The notes below the pieces were generated by a model. It saw nothing but the letters and a program-made list of their open reading frames with translations. It did no database searches and was not told the DNA's origin. A program made the position numbers and the translations under genes. A stretch of 32,000 bases of DNA from Opitutales bacterium (GTDB taxonomy: Bacteria; Verrucomicrobiota; Verrucomicrobiia; Opitutales; PNEW01), in assembly GCA_965219535.1 (NCBI GenBank), contig CBDCNV010000001.1:960001-992000 (forward strand), given 5' to 3'. Shown here piece by piece: positions 9,063 to 17,595 of the stretch; positions within the stretch are counted from its first letter, which is position 1; every line of letters begins with the position of its first letter.

Positions 9063-9449
9063 ATGCTGGACGTAGTTAAAAAAACCATCCTGGCGGGAAT
9101 AGGTGCAACCGTCACGACTAAGGAAAAAGTAGAAGTTGTACTTAAAGAACTCGTTGACAAGGGTAGTATCACTGCCAAGGACGCGCGGGTGATTGGGAAA
9201 AAAATTGTCAAGGGCAGCAAGAAAGAATTTGATAAGAATCGGAAAAAGCTGGAAATTCAAATTCAGGATACGATCAGCAAAGCCAAAGAGAGAAAAAATA
9301 AAGTGGCAGAGCTGGAGAAACGCGTGCGCGTACTTGAAGCAAAATTAGGGATTAATAAGACTACCCGAAAGTCTACTAAAAAGGCCGCTCCTAAAAAGAA
9401 GAAAACTGCCAAAAAGAAAACTGCTACTAAAAAGAAAAGAGTGCGTTAG
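9063..9449 (+). CDS. Small phasin-like (COG3937-type) coiled-coil protein with a Lys/Ala/Thr-rich histone-H1-like C-terminal tail
   Basis: The N-terminus MLDVVKKTILAGIGATVTTKEKVEVVLKELVDKG resembles phasin-family / PHA synthesis regulator proteins. The C-terminus is TRKSTKKAAPKKKKTAKKKTATKKKRVR. Confidence 0.5.
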   Translation: MLDVVKKTILAGIGATVTTKEKVEVVLKELVDKGSITAKDARVIGKKIVKGSKKEFDKNRKKLEIQIQDTISKAKERKNKVAELEKRVRVLEAKLGINKTTRKSTKKAAPKKKKTAKKKTATKKKRVR

Positions 9450-9667
9450 CACGAGTTAGGCGCTCAGAAATGCGTGAGACGCTAAGAATACAATATCAGA
9501 ATTAGCGTGTGAGGATTGGTATGACTATGACTCACTTAAGTGAAGTTAAGAATTGAGTCGCATCAATAGTTAGTGGCTGTTGATTTAATAGTTATTGGTA
9601 GTTTTTATATAATATGTTGAATTAGATAAACCTGAATAATAGTTATTTCCCAGGCCAAAAATTGTAA

Positions 9668-11119
9668 TTGAAAAAATCCATGCTGCCGTCCGACCTTGAG
9701 GCTTTGCTGAAACGTGTAAAATTTTCTAATCTAGCTGAAGCACAGAAGCGATTGGGTAATTTAGCAGGTGAACCAACGGAAACGCTTGCCCTGGTCCACA
9801 TATCTCAAGCCCTGGGTGATTTACTTGCTGAGTCACCTGACCCCGACGCCACACTGATACATTTAGAGCGTTTCGCTCAAGCGCGCGGTTCGCATTGGGA
9901 ATTATACAATCATTTCTTAGAGCACCCAGCCGCGTTAGAATCGTTTATCGGGGTCGTCTCAACGAGCAACTATCTTGCTGACGTACTCGTTCGCAATCCG
10001 GAATATTTACCGATCATTTACGATAGTCCACTTTTGGAAAAGGTAAAAACCGATGAGCAATTCCAGAAAGAGTTAGTGGATATTAGTAAAGCATTCCATA
10101 CGGTTACATCGAGAATTGATTCCATTCGAAGATATCGGCGTCAGGAGATTCTTCGGATTGGGGCCGCTGATATCCTGGAGTATTACAATTTACAAGAAAT
10201 TACTGAGCAACTCTCCCGTCTTGCAGATGTTGTCGTAGCTAATTGTTTAGGTGAGGTATCCATTAAAGCTAACGATTCTGGATTTTTTGTTTTAGGATTA
10301 GGTAAGTTAGGGGGGAATGAACTGAATTACAGCTCAGACATTGATTTGATTTTCGTGACGGAAAATATTGATTGTCTCGATTCTTCAACACAAGTTGCGA
10401 GGGAATTGACTCAGTTTTTGGGTGAGTTTACAGCTGAAGGGTTTCTTTACCGTGTTGACTTACGCTTGCGGCCTTATGGTTCGGCTGGACCCCTTGTCGT
10501 TTCGACCGCGATGTTGGAAGATTACCTGGCCACTAAGGCGGATCCCGCTGAAAGGCAAGCGATGTTGAAAGCACGTCCCATTGCGGGTGACATTGAGGTG
10601 GCAAACGCGTTTCTGCAACGTATCAGACCGGTACTCTACGCAGATTATTTAAAAGCGCGCAGTCTGGTTAGGAAATTGAAAGAACGTATTGAGCGCCAAC
10701 TTAAAAGAAATAGGAACACCATAGGAAACGTAAAGCTCGCGCCCGGAGGTATTAGGGATATCGAGTTCATTGTTCAAGCTCTTCAATTGGAAGCAGGGCA
10801 TCATCAATCTAAGTTACAAACGGGTAATACCCTTGAAGCGATTTCCCGTTTAACTAAAGCGGAATATCTTAGGGAAGCTGATGCCGCAGTGCTAGTTGAG
10901 GTATATAAGTTTCTTAGAATTATTGAACATCGAATGCAGATGATGAACAACCGCCAAGTGCACCAATTGCCTGAAAATGAGGATGCATGTCTTACTTTAG
11001 CTCGAACTCTGGCTTATAAAGGACCTGACGAAGTTAAACAACTTCGAGAGGACTACAATGAGCAAGCAGGTAAAGTGAGAGAGATTTTCGACCGCATCCT
11101 TCCTGCAACTGAAGATTAA
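9668..11119 (+). CDS. glnE: Glutamine synthetase adenylyltransferase (GlnE) homologue, first nucleotidyltransferase module (by order, equivalent to the adenylyl-removing half)
   Basis: The GlnE NTase motif is GLGKLGGNELNYSSDIDLIFV, then YRVDLRLRPYGSAGPLV, AERQAMLKARPIAGD and KLAPGGIRDIEFIVQALQL. The called start is TTG at 9668, with an in-frame ATG at 9680 as an alternative. Confidence 0.8.
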   Translation: MKKSMLPSDLEALLKRVKFSNLAEAQKRLGNLAGEPTETLALVHISQALGDLLAESPDPDATLIHLERFAQARGSHWELYNHFLEHPAALESFIGVVSTSNYLADVLVRNPEYLPIIYDSPLLEKVKTDEQFQKELVDISKAFHTVTSRIDSIRRYRRQEILRIGAADILEYYNLQEITEQLSRLADVVVANCLGEVSIKANDSGFFVLGLGKLGGNELNYSSDIDLIFVTENIDCLDSSTQVARELTQFLGEFTAEGFLYRVDLRLRPYGSAGPLVVSTAMLEDYLATKADPAERQAMLKARPIAGDIEVANAFLQRIRPVLYADYLKARSLVRKLKERIERQLKRNRNTIGNVKLAPGGIRDIEFIVQALQLEAGHHQSKLQTGNTLEAISRLTKAEYLREADAAVLVEVYKFLRIIEHRMQMMNNRQVHQLPENEDACLTLARTLAYKGPDEVKQLREDYNEQAGKVREIFDRILPATED

Positions 11120-11123
11120 TACA

Positions 11124-13298
11124 ATGTCAATTGAGTCAGAATCGAATATTAGCGGCTTGTTTCGATCTCAACATGGGGACTCTTATAATCGATTTAAAGA
11201 TGAAGATCAGGTTAGACACGCTAATTTACTCGAACAGATCGTTAAACCTGGTGATTTAAAGTTAAACGCTCAGCGTAAGGACAACCTTCAATGGATAATT
11301 ACCGTATCTACTACAGATTCGGTGGGTGTTCTTTCGATAATTTCTGGTTTATTTGCCGCGCATCGAATCGATATTACAAGTGGAGATTTATTCACGATTC
11401 ATATTAAATCGGCAGCCGAGTCCAGGCGTTCTAACCGGTTTAAACACCTTCGAAACTCACTTCAGCATCATCGGCAACGAACCGTTTATCGAAAGATATT
11501 GGATGTATTCGAAGTCCGCACAGAACAGGGTGTGAATGAAGAATTTTGGAAAGCATTTGGTGATGAGCTGACTTCACTGATAGCATTGATTGCGGAGGGA
11601 AAATTAGAACAGGTACGCGAAGATATAATTTTTCGGGTAACCGCTGTTTTTCGAGAGAATTTGAATTTCGATGAACGCCTTCTGCCGATTTCAATTTCCA
11701 TGGATAATGAGAGTTCACCCAATTTTACCGGTTTAAGCATTCAAACTTTAGATACAACCGGGTTTATTTTTGAATTTGCTAATGCCTTAGCGATGCTAAA
11801 TGTAAATATTGAAAGAGTTGAAATACGTTCTGTTAACAGTGAGGTTCAGGATTATTTCTGGGTGAGTGATTCACACCGGCGAAAGATTGAAGAAAGCAAT
11901 CGACTAAATGAGCTCCGGCTTGCTGCTACCTTAATCAAACAGTTTACCCATTTGCTTCCACGCGCTCCCAATCCAGCACAGGCACTCAGTCAGTTTAGTG
12001 CACTGACACTCCAGATGCTATCTAATCCGGATTGGATTCAAGAGGTTCAGGCGCTTCAGTCCAGCGTTATCTTACGCACGATTGCAGAACTAATGGGTGT
12101 CAGTCAGTTTCTATGGGAAGATTTTCTGCGCATGCAACATGAAAATTTATTTCCCGTTATCAGTGATGTATCAGGTTTAGATCGTGATAAAACAAAAGAC
12201 GATCTCTTAAAAGAAATAGAAGAAAGCATAGCTATCATTGAGGAGGAAACTGAGCGGATCAATCAATTGAATAAATTTAAAGACCGTGAAATGTTTCACA
12301 TTGATCTTCGACACATTACCCAGCGGATAGATATTATGGCATTCTCGGATGCCTTGTCCGACCTTGCTGAAGTGATCGTCACTTATGCGAGTGAACACGC
12401 CCACTCAACGCTCGAAAAACAATTTGGACGTCCACTTAGGACTAATGGCAAGGTGTGTCCCTGGTCTATTTGTGCATTGGGTAAATTCGGTGGACGTGAA
12501 TTGGGTTTCGCTTCAGATATTGAACTTATCTTTATCTATGAAGGAGGGGGACAGACAGATGGAGATCAGAGCGTTGAAAACTCTTATTATTTTGAAGAAT
12601 GGGTCTGTATATTTCTACGCACGATAACAGCCCGCCAGGAAGGTATATTTCAGATTGATCTGCGCTTAAGACCCTACGGTAAAAATGGAAGCCTGGCTTC
12701 TACATTTGAAGGATTCCAAAAGTATTTTTCAGAGAGTGGCGATGCTTTACAATTTGAACGTATGGCTCTGGTCAAATTGCGTCCCGTTGCGGGTGATCAA
12801 CAGCTTGCCAATCAAATTCTTCAAGCGCGTGACCAATTTGTTTACACGGGTAAAGCTATAGATTACAATGACATATTGCACTTCCGTTACCGACAGGCTT
12901 CAGAGTTGGTTCCGCGTAATGCGATTAGCGCAAAACTGAGTAATGGGGGCCTGGTCGATGTAGAATATTTTATACAGGCACTACAAATAAAGACGGGGAT
13001 GAAAGTCCCGAAAATACGTGTAGCTAATATAGAGGAAGCAATTAACCAGTTGGAAGATTCAGGAAGTATTAGTGCGTTTCAAGCGGAAGAATTGCGAAAG
13101 ACATACGCTTTTCTCCGCCGATTGATCGACGCATTACGATCCGTCCGCGGTAACGCCAAAGATTTGACCCTCCCCGCAATAGATTCTCTTGAGTATGAGT
13201 ATCTGGCTCGGCGGCTCGGATACGATTCAGGCTTTTACTTGCAAAAGGAAATTTCACTGCGCATGGATTTTGCGGGCAAATTGTGGGACACCGTCTGA
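11124..13298 (+). CDS. glnE: GlnE homologue, second nucleotidyltransferase module (adenylyltransferase-like) preceded by two ACT-like domains
   Basis: The second motif set is ALGKFGGRELGFASDIELIFIY, FQIDLRLRPYGKNGSLA, FERMALVKLRPVAGD and GGLVDVEYFIQALQI. The N-terminal ~260 aa contains two ACT-like beta-alpha-beta-beta-alpha-beta signatures: ITVSTTDSVGVLSIISGLFAAHRIDITSGDLFT and LSIQTLDTTGFIFEFANALAMLNVNIERVEIRS. It starts 4 nt after the preceding stop. Confidence 0.75.
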   Translation: MSIESESNISGLFRSQHGDSYNRFKDEDQVRHANLLEQIVKPGDLKLNAQRKDNLQWIITVSTTDSVGVLSIISGLFAAHRIDITSGDLFTIHIKSAAESRRSNRFKHLRNSLQHHRQRTVYRKILDVFEVRTEQGVNEEFWKAFGDELTSLIALIAEGKLEQVREDIIFRVTAVFRENLNFDERLLPISISMDNESSPNFTGLSIQTLDTTGFIFEFANALAMLNVNIERVEIRSVNSEVQDYFWVSDSHRRKIEESNRLNELRLAATLIKQFTHLLPRAPNPAQALSQFSALTLQMLSNPDWIQEVQALQSSVILRTIAELMGVSQFLWEDFLRMQHENLFPVISDVSGLDRDKTKDDLLKEIEESIAIIEEETERINQLNKFKDREMFHIDLRHITQRIDIMAFSDALSDLAEVIVTYASEHAHSTLEKQFGRPLRTNGKVCPWSICALGKFGGRELGFASDIELIFIYEGGGQTDGDQSVENSYYFEEWVCIFLRTITARQEGIFQIDLRLRPYGKNGSLASTFEGFQKYFSESGDALQFERMALVKLRPVAGDQQLANQILQARDQFVYTGKAIDYNDILHFRYRQASELVPRNAISAKLSNGGLVDVEYFIQALQIKTGMKVPKIRVANIEEAINQLEDSGSISAFQAEELRKTYAFLRRLIDALRSVRGNAKDLTLPAIDSLEYEYLARRLGYDSGFYLQKEISLRMDFAGKLWDTV

Positions 13299-13474
13299 AG
13301 CTTATTCCATCCTTCTCATAACCCAAAATATGCACTGAGTCAGGACTTTACACATTTACCGGGTCCGCTCATGTAATATCTTTACTCGATAGAATTCCTT
13401 GTCCAATATTAGCTAATTCATCGAGGAAACAATCCCACCTTTTTAGTTAATAATCAGACCAGGATGCTAATATA

Positions 13475-14329
13475 ATGAGTTTAACCGCACCTGATCCGAT
13501 GGAAGAATACCTGTTTGACCTTCATGGGTATACGATGATCGAGCAAGCCATCGACAGGGACCATCTTAGCGCAATGAACGACTGGCTCGATGCACTGCCA
13601 CCTTTAGAGCCAGACCAGTGGTATGGTAATATCGATGTTCATACTTATGGGTCTGTCGACGGGATCAACCTTCAGAACATTATTGAAGGAGGTGAAATAT
13701 TTGAGCGGTTAATTGATCACCCCTCCTGGATCGAACGTGTGCGCCATTACATTGGAAAAAAATATCAACCATTTATTAATGAATCTTTCATCAATCTGCG
13801 TGGCCCGGGTGGTTATATCGGTGTTCACTCCGGTGGCGATATTGGGTTTTTTTATAAGGGAAGCGGACGAAGGCGTGGGGAGTGGTGCTGTGGGTATCTC
13901 ACTTTGATGGTAGCATTGAATGCTGTTGGGGGAGGCGACGGTGCGACGATCCTTGTACCCGGTAGTCATAAGTCAGATATTCAGCATCCTTCACAAGCGG
14001 AACATGGAACCAAATGGCTTAAAGATGCCGACCCGATGAAGGTTGACGCAGGGGCCCAGACTAAAGGTCATCATGTTGAAGGGGGAATTGAAATACACTT
14101 AAACGCAGGGGACGGTATTTTGTTTAACGATTCACTCTGCCATGGATCCGGGGAGAGAACGAATCCTGGTGAAAGGCGGATGATCGTCTTTCGTTATTTG
14201 CCATCACCCATGGCTCACCGGTTTCGCTATGAACCTTCTCAAGAGTTACTCGCGCGTTTAACCCCGGAACGCAGGGCGTTAGTTCAGCCGGTAGAACCAC
14301 GCCGGCGACCGTTAGCAGTTGAAAGCTGA
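13475..14329 (+). CDS. Phytanoyl-CoA dioxygenase (PhyH) family Fe(II)/2-oxoglutarate-dependent oxygenase
   Basis: The N-terminus EEYLFDLHGYTMIEQAIDRDHL is typical of the PhyH family. There is a distal His region (FNDSLCHGSGER). It sits 15 nt upstream of the enolase-superfamily gene. Confidence 0.7.
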   Translation: MSLTAPDPMEEYLFDLHGYTMIEQAIDRDHLSAMNDWLDALPPLEPDQWYGNIDVHTYGSVDGINLQNIIEGGEIFERLIDHPSWIERVRHYIGKKYQPFINESFINLRGPGGYIGVHSGGDIGFFYKGSGRRRGEWCCGYLTLMVALNAVGGGDGATILVPGSHKSDIQHPSQAEHGTKWLKDADPMKVDAGAQTKGHHVEGGIEIHLNAGDGILFNDSLCHGSGERTNPGERRMIVFRYLPSPMAHRFRYEPSQELLARLTPERRALVQPVEPRRRPLAVES

Positions 14330-14344
14330 ATTAAAAGCAGAATT

Positions 14345-15496
14345 GTGAAAATTTCCAAGATTGAAACTTTTCCTGTTAATATTCCTTATAAACATCCTGA
14401 GGTCAGTTACCTTATCTCGCGCCCTGGAATCACCGATATCATTGTAAAAATTACAACCGACAATGGACTTGTCGGTTGGGGGGAATGCACACGAGCCGGT
14501 GATGCGGCGGGAATTGAGAGTGCGGTAAAGGCGATGGCACCGATAATAACAGGGCGCGACCCCTGGGACAAAGAGGCCATCGCGCGCGATATACAGATTG
14601 CCGGTCTATGGATGATCCAGCCGATGACCGGAAACTTTGCCTATGCCGGTGTCGACATCGCCCTATGGGATATCTGTGGTAAAGAATGTGGCCAGCCGCT
14701 TTATCGTTTATTTGGCGGTGCGGTGCGTGAAGAGGTTGATTACTTTTATTACATGCGCTGGGGAACGGTGGATGAGATCGTGACACAGGCGCAGGACGGG
14801 GTTGATCGCGGGTATACCGTTTATTATATTAAAGCCGGGGTTGATCAAAAAAAAGAAGAGGCGATGCTTGAGGCCCTGCGCTCCACCATCGGTCCGGAAG
14901 GAAAAATTCGTATCGATGCGAATATGGCCTGGTCGGTGCCTGATGCCATTCGCATTATCAATGACTGGCACAAGCGATATACGATCGATTTCGCTGAAGC
15001 GCCAGTCGATTTCGATCCCATTGAAAATATGCTCGATGTGAAATCTAAAGTAGAAACGGCACTTTGCGTGAACGAAGGATTATGGAAAGAACAGGATGTA
15101 GCGAGAATCATAAAGAGCCGTGCGGGAGAATATCTGTGCTATAGTGTCTATTCGGTAGGTTCAATGCGGCGGTTCCATACTACCATTCATGCCGCTAACG
15201 TGGAAGGGATGCTGGTTTGCAAGCACACACACGGTGAATTCGGCATAACCGCCGTAGCCGGTCAGCACATGATGCTCACCGCGCCAAACGCGTGCGATGG
15301 ACATCAGCAAACGGCTCAATTTATGAAAGATGATATTCTCAAAGAGCCGATACCGATTACCGAGGGGCCTAAGTGGGGGCGTATCGAAGGTCCCGGCCTG
15401 GGTGTTGAAGTCGATGAAGACAAAATGATGACCTACCACGAAGATTATTTGCATAACGGGATGTTTCCCCCTTACGGTGATTTATATAATCCATGA
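14345..15496 (+). CDS. Enolase-superfamily enzyme (mandelate racemase/muconate lactonizing enzyme family; probable acid-sugar or amino-acid-derivative dehydratase/epimerase)
   Basis: The capping domain is KIETFPVNIPYKHP...GLVGWGEC, followed by ALWDICGKECGQPLYRLFGG. The barrel metal-ligand regions are IRIDANMAW, FAEAP and VNEGLW. The start codon is GTG. Confidence 0.8.
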   Translation: MKISKIETFPVNIPYKHPEVSYLISRPGITDIIVKITTDNGLVGWGECTRAGDAAGIESAVKAMAPIITGRDPWDKEAIARDIQIAGLWMIQPMTGNFAYAGVDIALWDICGKECGQPLYRLFGGAVREEVDYFYYMRWGTVDEIVTQAQDGVDRGYTVYYIKAGVDQKKEEAMLEALRSTIGPEGKIRIDANMAWSVPDAIRIINDWHKRYTIDFAEAPVDFDPIENMLDVKSKVETALCVNEGLWKEQDVARIIKSRAGEYLCYSVYSVGSMRRFHTTIHAANVEGMLVCKHTHGEFGITAVAGQHMMLTAPNACDGHQQTAQFMKDDILKEPIPITEGPKWGRIEGPGLGVEVDEDKMMTYHEDYLHNGMFPPYGDLYNP

Positions 15497-15536
15497 TTAA
15501 ACATATAACCAAACTTATACTGAAAGGATAGATTGT

Positions 15537-16241
15537 ATGACTGAACTTGAAATGCTGGAAAAGCTAAAGGATTTTGACACACCCTCGATAACCAATGTCG
15601 TCGCGACATACCCGGGCTCCCCGCTCTGCCTCGATCTTTATGATCCCTGGTATGATAACTGGTATACCGATCAAAGCATTCGTTGCATGTATCCGGAACT
15701 TGGTAGGACCGTAGGTTACGCGGTCACAAGTGTGCACGGTTTACCTGATCCGGATAATAAGACGACAATGGCGGATTTGTTCGATGCTGTGGATACCTCC
15801 AAAAAACCATCGATTCTCGTATTCGAGCAAAGATTTCCCCCGGAAATCGCGGGAAAAGTAGGTCTTGCCGGCGGTATGTTTACGACCTCATTGAAGGCAT
15901 TGGGTTGTGTAGGCGCGATTTCTAACGGACCGTCAAGAGATCTCGATGAAATCCGGCCGATGAAAGTTCAGTATATGCTGAGCGGAGTGACAGCCGGTCA
16001 TGGGAATATGGCTGTTCACGAGGTTAATGTCCCGGTAAAAGTGGGGGGCATGGAGGTCAATCCCGGAGAGATTATTCACATGGATGAATCCGGTGCCTGT
16101 AAATTTCCCGCCGACAAACTGGAAGAAGTACTGGATTTGGTAATTAAACTTCAAAAGGAAGAAGCGTTGAAAATGGCCGATCTACAGAAGGCCAATTCGG
16201 CCGCCAAACTTAGGGAATTAATGGGAAAGAGCTATTCGTAA
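15537..16241 (+). CDS. RraA-family protein (class II HMG/CHA-type aldolase / oxaloacetate decarboxylase-like)
   Basis: It has RraA-like fold cues (FDTPSITNVV..., GGMFTTSLKALGCVGAISNGPSRDLDEI, GEIIHMDESGA) and an AAAGGA RBS upstream. Confidence 0.65.
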   Translation: MTELEMLEKLKDFDTPSITNVVATYPGSPLCLDLYDPWYDNWYTDQSIRCMYPELGRTVGYAVTSVHGLPDPDNKTTMADLFDAVDTSKKPSILVFEQRFPPEIAGKVGLAGGMFTTSLKALGCVGAISNGPSRDLDEIRPMKVQYMLSGVTAGHGNMAVHEVNVPVKVGGMEVNPGEIIHMDESGACKFPADKLEEVLDLVIKLQKEEALKMADLQKANSAAKLRELMGKSYS

Positions 16242-16477
16242 AGGTTTATTAAAACAAGAGAATGGTAATTGCTCGCACAATTTTTTTAAACGCGAGAACT
16301 TACCTGTGAGCGCTGCTGTGGTGAATGATGGTAAAAATCATGAAACGGACTTAACCGGAATTACTGACGTAAAGGATAAACCGATAGAAAGAGGTGTGAC
16401 CGCCCTTATAGCCGAAATTCCAAACGGTTAATCAACCCTATTGTAAGAATGTAACGAATTAATTAAAAGAGGAGAGA

Positions 16478-17506
16478 ATGATGAGACTTAATAAACGACA
16501 ATTTTTCATGATTAGTTTAACTTGTCTACTGACCGCAACCTTAAGCGCGGCACCTAAGGGCTGGAAGGAAGGTAAAGGATGGGGTTGGGTCTGGGGTGCT
16601 GAAGACGAAGTGGGGTCACTAAACGAAATGACCCCAAAAAGTATCTTAAAAGCGCTCAATCTAGTGAAAAAAGGGGAAGTCCGGGATATGGGGATTCTCT
16701 ACGATCGCACTTCCTTTAAATGGCCAGGCCACTCACCGGCTGAAATTATAACCTTTCGCAGTCCCGAGGGAGTCAGACGCCAGAAAGATCTCGATTTTAC
16801 ACTGCCCGAAAATGGTAACACTTCCTTAACGACATGGCATAGCAATGCGCTATTTATGAATGATAATGTCGCTACCCAGATTGACAGCCTCGGCCACATC
16901 GCGGTCGGTGAAGACAATCATTGGTACAATGGCTTTACCGAAGGTGAATGGGGTGGTAACTGGGGTATACGCAAAGCCGGCGCTGAAACCATACCACCGG
17001 TGATCGCGCGCGGTGTGCTTATTGATGTTGCCGGGGATAAAGGGTTACAGGCATTACCCAGTCAATATGTAATCACCGTGGATGACTTAAAGAGTGCGCT
17101 TGGAAGTCAAGGTACGAAACTGAAGTTCGGTGATGTGGTTCTAATCCGCACTGGAACATTGAGCTACTGGGGGGAGACGGGAGCCGATCTTGAAAAAGTT
17201 GGAGAGCATGATTCTGCGGGAATACAATTGCCCGCTGCGAAGTGGCTCGTTGAAGAGAAGGGTTCAATTATGATCGGTTCAGACACTTCAGGCTTAGAGA
17301 TGGTGCAACCCCCTCACGAGGGAAGTGATAGTTTTGTCCCCGTTCATAAATATCTCTTAGTTGAGCAGGGAGTGCATATCGCCGAATTTCATTATCTGGA
17401 AGATCTGGCCAAAGAAGAAATCTATGAATTTCTATACATCGGGGTAACCAATAAAATCAAGGGTTCGACCGCTGGGTTTACCATGCGGCCCCTGGCACTA
17501 TTTTGA
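16478..17506 (+). CDS. Exported cyclase-family protein (kynurenine formamidase-like metal hydrolase, PF04199-type)
   Basis: It has an N-terminal signal peptide (KRQFFMISLTCLLTATLSAAP, possibly Tat-like KR-QFF). The cyclase-family core is TQIDSLGHIAVGEDNHWYNG, then RGVLIDV, GDVVLIRTG and IGSDTSGLE. A strong AGGAGAG RBS is present. Confidence 0.65.
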   Translation: MMRLNKRQFFMISLTCLLTATLSAAPKGWKEGKGWGWVWGAEDEVGSLNEMTPKSILKALNLVKKGEVRDMGILYDRTSFKWPGHSPAEIITFRSPEGVRRQKDLDFTLPENGNTSLTTWHSNALFMNDNVATQIDSLGHIAVGEDNHWYNGFTEGEWGGNWGIRKAGAETIPPVIARGVLIDVAGDKGLQALPSQYVITVDDLKSALGSQGTKLKFGDVVLIRTGTLSYWGETGADLEKVGEHDSAGIQLPAAKWLVEEKGSIMIGSDTSGLEMVQPPHEGSDSFVPVHKYLLVEQGVHIAEFHYLEDLAKEEIYEFLYIGVTNKIKGSTAGFTMRPLALF

Positions 17507-17522
17507 GCGTGGTTATGCGTCT

Positions 17523-17594
17523 ATGAGAAGATGCGGGAATGCGTGTATGAGATGATGCGGGAATGCGGAGATGAGATGATGCGGAGATGACGTA
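17523..17594. repeat. Tandem repeat, about 3 copies of a 24-bp unit
   Basis: The three units are ATGAGAAGATGCGGGAATGCGTGT, ATGAGATGATGCGGGAATGCGGAG and ATGAGATGATGCGGAGATGACGTA. The third copy is diverged in its second half. Confidence 0.85.
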
Positions 17595-17595
17595 G

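Noticed and set aside
8991-9260. 89-aa minus-strand ORF overlapping the phasin-like gene start
   Set aside because: It is antisense to and overlaps a better-supported ORF. Its Phe/Asn-rich composition is typical of the reverse translation of an AT-rich Lys-rich gene.
9450-9667. Imperfect hairpins after the phasin-like gene (for example ACGCTAA-N16-TTAGCGT) as a terminator
   Set aside because: The stems are short or bulged and are not followed by a T-tract, so no terminator can be supported from sequence alone.
11353-12627. Several 60-92-aa ORFs nested in the second GlnE ORF (both strands)
   Set aside because: All lie inside a continuous 724-aa frame with strong GlnE motifs, and none has independent support.
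14451-15454. Cluster of 79-111-aa antisense or off-frame ORFs inside the enolase-superfamily gene
   Set aside because: They are shadow ORFs of a locally GC-richer gene, and the sense frame has unambiguous family motifs.
16306-16431. 41-codon GTG-initiated ORF in the 236-bp gap between the RraA-like and cyclase genes
   Set aside because: It has no RBS, a weak start, no recognisable motif and falls below any reasonable length threshold. The gap is more simply the cyclase promoter region.
17523-17594. CRISPR-like array
   Set aside because: The 24-bp units are directly tandem with no spacers. There are only about 3 copies and no cas genes, so this is a simple tandem repeat.
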